A stretch of DNA of 64,000 nucleotides from Flavobacteriales bacterium (GTDB lineage: Bacteria > Bacteroidota > Bacteroidia > Flavobacteriales_F > PHOS-HE28). The notes beneath the pieces are model-generated. The model saw only the letters and a program-made list of their open reading frames with translations. It ran no database searches and had not been told where the DNA came from. The translations under genes were made by a program, and so were the position numbers. The stretch lies in the NCBI GenBank assembly GCA_016703005.1, contig JADJCX010000033.1, positions 297,767 through 361,766 of the forward strand, read 5' to 3'. Every line of letters starts with the position of its first letter. Positions within the stretch are counted from its first letter, which is position 1. Below, piece after piece: positions 41,675-49,584 of the stretch.

Positions 41675-42724
41675 ATGAAACACCTCATCCTTTCCGCAGC
41701 ATTTTGTGCACTTGTTGGCCATGCCAACGCCCAGGCCTTGGTAACACAAGTACGCCAGGCCGGTAACGAGTTCTGGGGCTACATGGACAACACGGGCAAC
41801 ATGGTGATACCGCCCAAGTACAAACACAACTTCCCCTTCGGGCCAAGTGGCTACGCGGCGGTGAAGGACGGTGCCACCGACAAGGCCGGGTTCATCAACA
41901 TCAAGGGCGAAGCGTTGGCCACCGAGGTAGCGGACTTCACCCTTATCAGTGGCATGGTGAAGGATGCACAAGGCTTCAGTTGCGGACTTGCGCCGGTGCG
42001 CATCGGCGAGGTGTGGGGCTTCATGAACACCCAAGGCAAGTTGGCTATTGCCGCCAAGTACGATAAGGTTGAAGCCTTCGAGGAATGTCTTGCTGTGGTA
42101 ATGATCGGCAAGAAGCAGTACATCCTCACTCCAGAAGGAAAGGAGACCGCCGTTGTCGACCCGAACATCGTCGACGTGAAAGGTTTTCAAGGTGGATTGT
42201 CGCCCTTCAAGCAGAAGGACAAGATGCACGGCTTCATGGACGGCAACCAGAACGTGGTGATCCCCGCCACCTTCCTTAGCGTGGGCTACTTCTCCGGCGA
42301 TCTGGCGTGGGCCAAGACCAAGGACGCAAAAGTGGGCTACATCAATAAGAAGGGCGAATGGGTGATCACACCGCAGTTCGATGATGCCAAGGACTTCGAC
42401 CCGACCAGCGGCATGGCACGGGTGAAGCAAGGAGACAACTGGATGTACGTGGCCAAGGACGGTACCATCATGCGCGTGACCGATACCACCGTATGGGGCG
42501 ACTTCTCCGAAGGACTGGCCAAAGGCAAGAAGGGCGAACTCATCGGCTTTTTCGACAAGAGCGGCAAGTGGGTGATCGAACCGCAGTTCAACAACGTGCG
42601 CGAATTCAAGAACGGTTACGCCGCCGCCCGCCAAGGAGAGCTCTGGGGCTTCATCGACAAAACCGGCAAGTGGGTGATCGAACCGAAGTTCGAGGCGGTG
42701 AAGGATATGGAGAAGGTGAAGTGA
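41675..42724 (+). CDS. Secreted WG-repeat (KWG) protein
   Basis: Signal peptide, then about 10 repeats of the form G.KWG(F/Y)I(D/N)..GK..I.P.F. Confidence 0.7.
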   Translation: MKHLILSAAFCALVGHANAQALVTQVRQAGNEFWGYMDNTGNMVIPPKYKHNFPFGPSGYAAVKDGATDKAGFINIKGEALATEVADFTLISGMVKDAQGFSCGLAPVRIGEVWGFMNTQGKLAIAAKYDKVEAFEECLAVVMIGKKQYILTPEGKETAVVDPNIVDVKGFQGGLSPFKQKDKMHGFMDGNQNVVIPATFLSVGYFSGDLAWAKTKDAKVGYINKKGEWVITPQFDDAKDFDPTSGMARVKQGDNWMYVAKDGTIMRVTDTTVWGDFSEGLAKGKKGELIGFFDKSGKWVIEPQFNNVREFKNGYAAARQGELWGFIDKTGKWVIEPKFEAVKDMEKVK

Positions 42725-42736
42725 ATGCCGAATGCG

Positions 42737-43175
42737 GCTGCAGGCTTCAGGCCCCAAGCCACAGGCTTTTCTGAGTGCTATTCCCCGCTTCGCGCTGCCT
42801 GTGGTTGTCATGCGGCGGTTGTTCCGCTGAATTCAGGTCGGCGACCAGCCTGAGGCTTGGGGCCTGAAGCCTGCGGCCCTATGGTTTCAACACCGACATG
42901 AACCCGGATAGCATTTTCTGCTCCCGCTCCAAGGCTTGGATCAGTAATTCGACCTTGTCCTTTGGGCACCACGGGCGGCGTTGCGCCGAATCTCGCGTTC
43001 GTGCATACCTGTGGTTGTCGATCGATGCGGCGGTTGTTCAACGCGCTGAATTCAAGGAGTCGCAGTGACCAGCCTGAGGCCTGAAGCCTGTGGCCTGAGG
43101 CCATCCAATGCGCAGAGTTCAAGCAGTCGCAGTGACCAGCCTGTGGCCTGAGGCCTGTGGCTTGAAGCCTACTTT
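42737..43175. repeat. Intergenic cluster of direct and inverted GC-rich repeats (REP/MITE-like)
   Basis: About 3 copies of a ~70-90 bp unit (CCTGTGGTTGTC..ATGCGGCGGTTGTTC..GCTGAATTCA.G..GCGACCAGCCTGAGGC(C/T)TG..GCCTG). An inverted copy sits at 42737-42767 versus 42847-42877. Short GCCTG(A/T)GGCC sub-repeats. Confidence 0.6.
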
Positions 43176-43181
43176 TGGCCC

Positions 43182-45239
43182 ATGCACAACGTGATGGAAG
43201 ACCGCCAGCTACGGTTCGAGCGCGGCACCCTCAAGGATGACTTCCTGCTGAAGACCTACCGCGCGCTCGTGAAGCCGCGCATCATCGAGGAGAAGATGCT
43301 GAGCCTGCTGCGCCAAGGCAAGATCAGCAAGTGGTTCAGCGGCATCGGGCAGGAGGCGATCAGCGTAGGTGCCACGCTCGCGCTGCGCGACGACGAGTAC
43401 ATCCTGCCGATGCACCGCAACCTCGGTGTGTTCACCACGCGCAACATGCCGTTCAGCAAGTTGTTCGCGCAGTGGCAAGGCAAGGCCACGGGCTACAGCA
43501 AGGGCCGCGAGCGCAGCTTCCACTTCGGCAGCCAGGAGCACAAGGTGGTGGGCATGATCAGCCACCTCGGCCCGCAGATGGGCATCGCCGACGGCATCGC
43601 GCTGGCGCACAAACTGAAGAAGGAGAACCGCTGCACCATCGTCTTCACCGGCGATGGCGCCACCAGCGAAGGCGACTTCCACGAGAGCGTGAACGTGGCC
43701 GCCGTGTGGGACCTGCCCGTGCTCTTCATCATCGAGAACAACGGCTACGGACTCAGCACGCCCAGCAGCGAGCAGTTCCGCATGAAGAACTTCGTTGACA
43801 AGGCCATCGGCTACGGCATCGAAGCGCAGATGATCGCCGGCAACAACATCCTGGAGGTCTACACCAACCTCGCCCGTATTGCGGACAGCATCCGCGAACG
43901 CCCGCGACCTGTCCTGGTGGAGTGCATCACCTTCCGCATGCGCGGACATGAGGAAGCGAGCGGAACGAAGTACGTGCCCAAGGAGCTGTTCGAGGAATGG
44001 GGTAAGAAGGATCCCGTTGCCAACTACGAGAACTGGCTGCTGAAGCAAGGCATCCTCACCGAGCAATTGCGCGACAGCATCCGCGCCGAATTCAAGGACG
44101 AGATCGAAGACGGTTTGGCGGTGGCTTTTGAGGAACCCGAACCGGTGGCTGTGGAAGCCGATGAGGTGCGGGACGTTTATGCACCGTTGGCCACGAGCCA
44201 TGAGCCACGAGCCTTGAGCCAAGAGCTCGAAGCTCGCGGCTCGAAGCTCGGGGCCTCTTCAGAGAAAAGGTTCATCGACGCCATCAGCGACGGCCTTGCG
44301 CAAAGCATGGAGCGCCACCCGAACCTGGTGCTCATGGGGCAGGACATTGCGGAGTACGGCGGTGCGTTCAAGATCACCGAAGGGTTCGTGGAGCGCTTCG
44401 GCAAGGACCGCGTGCGCAACACGCCGCTATGCGAGAGCGCCATCCTCGGCGCGGGGCTCGGGCTCAGCATTAAGGGCATGAAGGCGATGGTGGAAATGCA
44501 GTTCGCCGATTTCGTGAGCGAGGGCATGACGCAGATCTGCAACAACATGGCGAAGGCCCACTGGCGCTGGGGACAGAACGCCGATGTGGTGGTGCGCATG
44601 CCGACCGGCGCGGGCGTGGGGGCGGGTCCCTTCCACAGCCAGAGCAACGAGATGTGGTTCGTGAAGACGCCCGGACTGAAGGTGGTTTACCCCAGCACGC
44701 CCTTCGATGCCAAGGGCCTGCTCATGGCCGCGTTCGACGACCCGAACCCGGTGATGTTCTTCGAGCACAAGAACCTGTACCGCAGCCTCACCGAAGCCAT
44801 CCCCGATGCGCCCTACGCCGTGGAGATCGGCAAGGCGCGCACGGTGCGCGAGGGGAATGCGATGAGCATCATCACCTACGGCATGGGTGTGCATTGGGCG
44901 CTCGAAGCGGTAGAGACCCTTCGCTCCGCTCAGGGTGACAATGCTGTGGATGCAGAGATCATCGATCTGCGCACGCTGGTGCCCATGGACACCGAAGCGA
45001 TCTACAACAGCGTGCGGAAGACCGGTCGCGTGCTGGTGCTGCACGAGGACACGCTGACCGCAGGCCTCGGCGGCGAGATCAGCGCCCTCATCAACGAGCA
45101 TTGCTTCCAACACCTCGACGCGCCCGTGATGCGCCTGGCCAGTTGGGATACGCCCGTGCCCTTCGCCATCCCGCTGGAGCAGGGTTTCCTGCCTAAGGCG
45201 AGGGTGGGAGAGGCGATGAGGAAGGTGATGGGGTATTGA
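43182..45239 (+). CDS. Fused 2-oxoacid (branched-chain/pyruvate) dehydrogenase E1 component, alpha and beta subunits
   Basis: TPP-binding alpha region (GDGATSEGDFHES) and a beta/transketolase-like C-half, joined by a repetitive linker (ATSHEPRALSQELEARGSKLGAS). Confidence 0.88.
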   Translation: MHNVMEDRQLRFERGTLKDDFLLKTYRALVKPRIIEEKMLSLLRQGKISKWFSGIGQEAISVGATLALRDDEYILPMHRNLGVFTTRNMPFSKLFAQWQGKATGYSKGRERSFHFGSQEHKVVGMISHLGPQMGIADGIALAHKLKKENRCTIVFTGDGATSEGDFHESVNVAAVWDLPVLFIIENNGYGLSTPSSEQFRMKNFVDKAIGYGIEAQMIAGNNILEVYTNLARIADSIRERPRPVLVECITFRMRGHEEASGTKYVPKELFEEWGKKDPVANYENWLLKQGILTEQLRDSIRAEFKDEIEDGLAVAFEEPEPVAVEADEVRDVYAPLATSHEPRALSQELEARGSKLGASSEKRFIDAISDGLAQSMERHPNLVLMGQDIAEYGGAFKITEGFVERFGKDRVRNTPLCESAILGAGLGLSIKGMKAMVEMQFADFVSEGMTQICNNMAKAHWRWGQNADVVVRMPTGAGVGAGPFHSQSNEMWFVKTPGLKVVYPSTPFDAKGLLMAAFDDPNPVMFFEHKNLYRSLTEAIPDAPYAVEIGKARTVREGNAMSIITYGMGVHWALEAVETLRSAQGDNAVDAEIIDLRTLVPMDTEAIYNSVRKTGRVLVLHEDTLTAGLGGEISALINEHCFQHLDAPVMRLASWDTPVPFAIPLEQGFLPKARVGEAMRKVMGY

Positions 45240-45304
45240 TGTTCCAAAGGCTTTCGAGGGGAACCAAGGACACTAACCCACACTAGGGTTGAAGAGCCAG
45301 ATGT

Positions 45305-45589
45305 TCAAACCCCAGCAACTTTCGAGGATAAAAGCTCTCGTACTCCCATCGAGGTAAGTTTCTTTTGCCGGTTTGAAACTGCTCCAAGTACTGTTTCTAG
45401 GTCTTTCGGTGAATCAATGCCCAGCAACACTTTGACCCTATCGAAGTACGCCTTCGACACCGATCGAGCAAACACTTCAAATGCTCCACCGTAGTGTCCG
45501 ATGAATATCAGTGTGTCGGGCCACCAGCCCGAATAAGCATCCTTCGTATGCATTTCACTCCTCATGAAGAGGATAAAATCGGCTTGCAT
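45305..45589 (-). CDS. Hypothetical protein, possibly a remnant, in a low-GC segment
   Basis: 94 aa with no recognisable domain. Lies in AT-richer DNA (~48% GC) immediately beside the IS element. Confidence 0.3.
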   Translation of the reverse strand: MQADFILFMRSEMHTKDAYSGWWPDTLIFIGHYGGAFEVFARSVSKAYFDRVKVLLGIDSPKDLETVLGAVSNRQKKLTSMGVRELLSSKVAGV

Positions 45590-45653
45590 CAGGAACTGGA
45601 ATTCTATTCCTGAACTCGCTGCCCGTGTAAGCTTCCCCTAAAGTCGGGCCAGC

Positions 45654-46850
45654 GATAACTGGAGGTCTCAGGAGCATGTGGGTTAGAGTTGGATGGGCAC
45701 TGGCGGCCGGTAACCGAGTGCTTTGTGAGGTCGAAGATGGTTGTAATCGTACATCCATTCGGTGGTGCGCAAGCGAACCTCATCGAGGGTACGGAAGACG
45801 TATGCGCTGAGCACATCACGGCGCAGGGTTCCGTTGAGCCGTTCGATGTAAGCGTTTTGCGTGGGCTTGCCCGGTTGGATGAAGGTGAGGGTGATCTTTT
45901 GGAGCTTGCACCAGTGATCGAGTTTGGCGCTGATGAACTCCGGTCCATTGTCCACGCGGATCATGGTCGGTAGCGGACGATGTTCCTTGATCTGTTCAAG
46001 GGCACGTATCACGCGCTGAGCAGGCAGTGAGGTGTCCACCTCGATGGCCAGTACCTCGCGGTTGTAGTCGTCCAGGATATTGAGCAGTCGGTACGTGCGA
46101 CCGTCCCAGAGGCTGTCGTGCATGAAGTCGATGCTCCACACCTGATCAGGGGCTTGTGGTTGGAACAACGCCTGCTTCACGCGGGCAGGCAGGCGCTTCT
46201 TGGCCCTGCGCCGGATGTTCAGGCCCATGGCCGTGTACACCCGGTACACGCGCTTGAAGTTCCAGCGTTGACCCGTCAAACGCATGCGGTGATGGCTCTG
46301 CCACACGCCGATGGCCGGATGCCGCTGGGTGAGTTCGCCCAAGGCTTGGATGATCGCCGTGTCATCGGGTGGGTGCTTGAGGTACTGCGCGGTACTGCGA
46401 GCAAGGCCCACACAACGGCAAGCCTGCCGCTGTGTAAGTCCGTGTTCATTGCTCATCGCCTGCACGATTTCGCGCTTCTCGTCAGGCGCCCCACTTCTTT
46501 TCCACCACCTGCTTCAATGCATCGTGCATCATGCTCAGCTCGGCATACATGCGTTTGAGGCGTCCGTTCTCCTCCTGCAGTTCCTTCATCTGCTTGAGTT
46601 GGCTGGCGTCCAGACCACCGTACTTGGCCTTCCACTGGTAGAACGTGGCGTTGCTGATGCCGTGCTCGCGACAGATGTCGGCGACCTTGGCTCCAGCGTC
46701 ATGCTGCTTGAGCATCGAGACGATCTGATGCTCGGTGAACTTGCTTTTCCTCATGGCTACTACTTGTGTTGAAAGTAGCCCCTGACCGGTCAACGGGATT
46801 TTTCCCCAGGCCTGATGGGCCGGGAAAAATCCCGTTGACCTCCACTATCA
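45654..46850 (-). mobile_element. IS3-family insertion sequence (about 1.2 kb). orfA runs 46482-46754 and orfB (DDE integrase core) 45683-46465.
   Basis: orfA has an HTH region (MRKSKFTEHQIVSMLKQHDAGAKVADICREHGISNATFYQWKAKYGG). orfB has the rve/DDE core (...DNGPEFIS...[12 protein letters not shown]...). Imperfect terminal IRs about GATA(A)nTGGAGGTC at both ends. orfB overlaps orfA by about 33 nt but in the +1 rather than the usual -1 frame. Confidence 0.8.
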
Positions 46851-46872
46851 CATGGCCGAAGATTGGGGAAGC

Positions 46873-47973
46873 TTACACCGATCCTTTGCATATCTGCCCG
46901 CATAGAAAGTCGCTTGGCCTGGAGTCTTTGATTTCGATGCCGAAGGACTGCATCCTTCGATAAATGGTTTCGAAACCCACCATCGAAGGTTTGCCGTATT
47001 CAGCATTCACAGGTATATAGAATGGCTTGGTGAGAACATCGGCGGCTTCGCTGAAACGCTCATGCTTTATAAGGACCGCCAAGGAGAAAAGAAACAACTC
47101 ATGAATGAGAAATCTGTAGTTGTCAAACTCCCAGTCCTGCCAAGAATTCAAATTGGGTGACTTGTCCATATACGGAATGATGTCTTCAAAGAACCGATGA
47201 AGGCGATTAATGATTGCCTCACTCGGGTGATACTGGGCGATAGCCACGAAGAGATGAAGCATCTCGTTTCGTTGCGGAAGAAAGTCTCCAATGCTCGCTA
47301 CTACTGCCTCACCGAATTCTCCAGCCGGGTTCACTAATCTGATTCGCTCAAGGTTCTTGGCAAACGTTGTGCAGTACTCATCAAAGGCACCTTCAGCGTA
47401 GCTTTTATGGTCCCTTAGACCTTCCAGGCACCTTTTGAACAATAGAGAGGTGCCCAATGATGCATGCTCGCCCTCGTTCAAGAACGTGGGCATGGTACCT
47501 ATTTCGGGCTTCACATAAAGGGGTTTGTCAAAAATCCATCGGAGCAGCCGTTCAAGGTTGTCCGAGTACCGGTCCAATTCACTGAGGTCGATGTAGATTC
47601 TGGCCTTGTAGTATGTAGGAAGAAAGGGTTTGTCATTTGCGTCTTTATGGCTCACAACAGCAACGAACTTGTTTTGGTCTTGTCTGTCGTAAACTTCCTT
47701 AGAGATGATTTGCGTTTCAGTTCCAACACCACCCGATCGACCGTCCGCCTTACTCGCGTATTTCTCATCGCAGATAATAACCACCTTCTTAATGTCTGGA
47801 TTGGTGACCATTTGCTCCATGAAGGCCACCGCATCATGCCCTTCCCTCAAATCCCATTTGTCCAGAATCACATCCACTCCAGCCGACCGCAATTGAGTTG
47901 CAAGATCAATGACCCATTGTTCGTGATCCGGGCTGGACCAGCTGTATGAGATGAAGAGTTTTGGGGCGGACAT
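46873..47973 (-). CDS. TIR-domain protein with an uncharacterised ~230-aa C-terminal domain
   Basis: N-terminal TIR-like block KLFISYSWSSPDHEQWVIDLATQLRSAGVDVILDKWDLREGHDAVAFMEQMVTNPDIKKVVIICDEKYASKA. Low-GC (~45%) coding sequence. Start trimmed to MSAPKLF. Confidence 0.6.
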   Translation of the reverse strand: MSAPKLFISYSWSSPDHEQWVIDLATQLRSAGVDVILDKWDLREGHDAVAFMEQMVTNPDIKKVVIICDEKYASKADGRSGGVGTETQIISKEVYDRQDQNKFVAVVSHKDANDKPFLPTYYKARIYIDLSELDRYSDNLERLLRWIFDKPLYVKPEIGTMPTFLNEGEHASLGTSLLFKRCLEGLRDHKSYAEGAFDEYCTTFAKNLERIRLVNPAGEFGEAVVASIGDFLPQRNEMLHLFVAIAQYHPSEAIINRLHRFFEDIIPYMDKSPNLNSWQDWEFDNYRFLIHELFLFSLAVLIKHERFSEAADVLTKPFYIPVNAEYGKPSMVGFETIYRRMQSFGIEIKDSRPSDFLCGQICKGSV

Positions 47974-48142
47974 CCGATTATGAGTATGAGGCAAAGATGG
48001 CTCCCACTTGTCGCGTGATGGGCTGACGCTCGCCTTCGACTCGCTTAATTGCAAGTCAGCATTGCAGCGATTGGCTACATTCGCATCATGCGAGCTATGA
48101 CGCGGCGAATATGGATATGTGGCTAAGCCACTATCTCATTAT

Positions 48143-48216
48143 GGCCCCGTAGCTCAGTCGGTCAGAGCATCTGCCTTATACGCAGCCGGTCGCAGGTTCA
48201 AGTCCTGCCGGGGCTA
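48143..48216 (+). tRNA. tRNA with anticodon UAU (Ile-AUA decoding) on an ileX-like (tRNA-Ile2) backbone
   Basis: Cloverleaf: acceptor GGCCCCG/CGGGGCT, D-arm GCTCAGTCGGTCAGAGC, anticodon stem-loop TCTGC-CTTATAC-GCAGC, T-arm GCAGGTTCAAGTCCTGC, discriminator A, no encoded CCA. Near-identical architecture to E. coli ileX except the anticodon is TAT instead of CAT. Confidence 0.75.
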
Positions 48217-48348
48217 CTGATATTCCATCTCACCTTCATCACATGCACCCGCTCGCGCATTGCAGACGCTCGCCTTCGGCGAGTGTCCGAGCGGTGTACC
48301 AGCATGTGGTAAAGATCGGATACAAGATGAACTCTGGATATTAGAGCC

Positions 48349-48585
48349 ATGAAGACTCAATGGGCATACTATGATTTTAGGACGGAGATTGTCACGGACA
48401 ACGTAGGTGGCTCCGTCGCCGTTCAATTGCATAGGACAGGCACATCGGGAGAAGAAGTGTTGGCAGCGGCGGTAACCTACTGGGACGCGGATGGTCAGTT
48501 CCAGGTTAGTGTTTATGTCAAGCAAGTGCCAGTGACCATTCTTGAAGTAGTCATTGCTGAGGCTCGGGCCGCTGTTCCAACCTAG
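48349..48585 (+). CDS. Hypothetical small protein
   Basis: 78-aa ORF with no recognisable domain. Confidence 0.25.
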   Translation: MKTQWAYYDFRTEIVTDNVGGSVAVQLHRTGTSGEEVLAAAVTYWDADGQFQVSVYVKQVPVTILEVVIAEARAAVPT

Positions 48586-48665
48586 ATGCCGGCTTGCGCC
48601 GTTCGGGTTACTGCGCACCGATCGCGTGAATCGCTGACGTCCCGACAAGTCCGGATGTCCTTCGG

Positions 48666-49058
48666 TCAAGGCCTGTGGCCCGCCTTACCGATCCCCGTCG
48701 GCTGTATCGCGCTGGTCTCCACCATCAACACCACGGTCTTCTTGGGTGCGCGCGGGCGGTGCATTACGCCCTTGGTGATGGTGACACCCTGTTGGGGGTT
48801 CAGTTCGATGGTGCGGTCCTCGAGGTCTATGAGCAGTTGGCCTTCAAGCACCAGGAAGAACTCATCGTCGTTGTCGTGCTTGTGCCAGTGGAACTCGCCC
48901 TCCAGCATGCCCAAGCGCACCACGCTGTCGTTCACCTGGCTCAGGGTGCGGTTGGCCCACTTCTCCTTGGTGGCAGCCACAACAGCGGGAATGTCGATCT
49001 TCTCGAGGTGTGCGAACTGCACACCGAGGTCAATGTCGTAGGTGGTCTTGGGTTCCAT
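48666..49058 (-). CDS. Cupin-domain protein
   Basis: 130 aa. The two-His motif region (GEFHWHKHDNDDEFFLVLEGQLLIDL) and a later H are typical of the cupin_2 fold. Confidence 0.65.
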   Translation of the reverse strand: MEPKTTYDIDLGVQFAHLEKIDIPAVVAATKEKWANRTLSQVNDSVVRLGMLEGEFHWHKHDNDDEFFLVLEGQLLIDLEDRTIELNPQQGVTITKGVMHRPRAPKKTVVLMVETSAIQPTGIGKAGHRP

Positions 49059-49195
49059 TGGGCTTGGGCGTCGATCAAATCTAGCTTGGCGCTGCGTCTA
49101 TAAGTAAGGAACGCGCGCGCGGCTTACGATGGAGAGGTACAAGGGTTTCACCTTTCATTCTCCTTGATCTGCTGGCCACGAGTAGGGATATTTCG

Positions 49196-49448
49196 GAAGC
49201 TGATAGAGACATGTTCAGCGCAGACATGGGCATGTTGAAGTTGAACAGAGACCTGTTGGCCACGAACAGGGACATGATCGCCGCTGAAAGAGACATGTCG
49301 GCGGCCGATAGAGACATGTTAGCCGCTGAAAGAGGCATGATAGCGGCTGACAGAGACATGTTAGCCGCTGAAAGAGGCATGTTAGCGGCCGACAGAGACA
49401 TGTTAGCCGCTGACAAGCATGTTGATCGCTGACATGTACATGTCAGCC
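49196..49448. repeat. Tandem array of about 11-12 21-bp repeats (alternating GCCGCTGAAAGAGGCATGTTA and GCGGCCGACAGAGACATGTTA) ending in a perfect 20-bp palindrome GCTGACATGTACATGTCAGC
   Basis: Direct reading of 49196-49448. The 21-bp period equals two helical turns. Every unit contains an ACATGT-like core. Both strands stay open in several frames, as expected for a period that is a multiple of 3. Confidence 0.85.
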
Positions 49449-49584
49449 GTAAAAAGAGGCGTACGGAAGTCAAGCTTTTACTCTGACGGAGGTGTTTCCT
49501 CGCATCCGATCGCAGGTCAGCAGCCTTCGGTGTGTGTCATTCAGTCAAGGGCCTGTGGCCCGCCGCATGCATTAGCTTGAACCC

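Noticed and set aside
41630-42811. 393-aa minus-strand ORF overlapping the WG-repeat gene
   Set aside because: It is antisense to a gene with a clear signal peptide and repeats. Long stop-free antisense frames are expected at 62% GC.
42808-43122. 104-aa ORF inside the intergenic repeat cluster
   Set aside because: It lies entirely within the REP-like repeats and has no coding signal.
46873-47973. Thoeris (ThsA/ThsB) assignment for the TIR gene
   Set aside because: No SIR2/SLOG ThsA-like gene is adjacent. Only an IS and a 94-aa orphan ORF are nearby, so the gene is left as an unclassified TIR effector.
48143-48216. tRNA on the minus strand, or tRNA-Met/Ile2(CAU) reading
   Set aside because: The conserved GTAGCTCAGT.GGT.AGAGC D-arm and GGTTCAAGTCC T-arm occur only in plus orientation. 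The anticodon loop register gives TAT, not CAT.
49211-49432. ORF encoding a 73-aa heptad-repeat (RDMLAAE)n protein
   Set aside because: The opposite strand is equally open, (SLSAANM)n, because the 21-bp period preserves all frames. The hydrophobic pattern is not coiled-coil-like. More likely this is non-coding repeat DNA. Kept as a finding, not as a CDS.
49196-49448. Possible CRISPR array
   Set aside because: The period is 21 bp with no unique spacers between repeats, and there are no cas genes nearby. It is a simple tandem (iteron-like) repeat.
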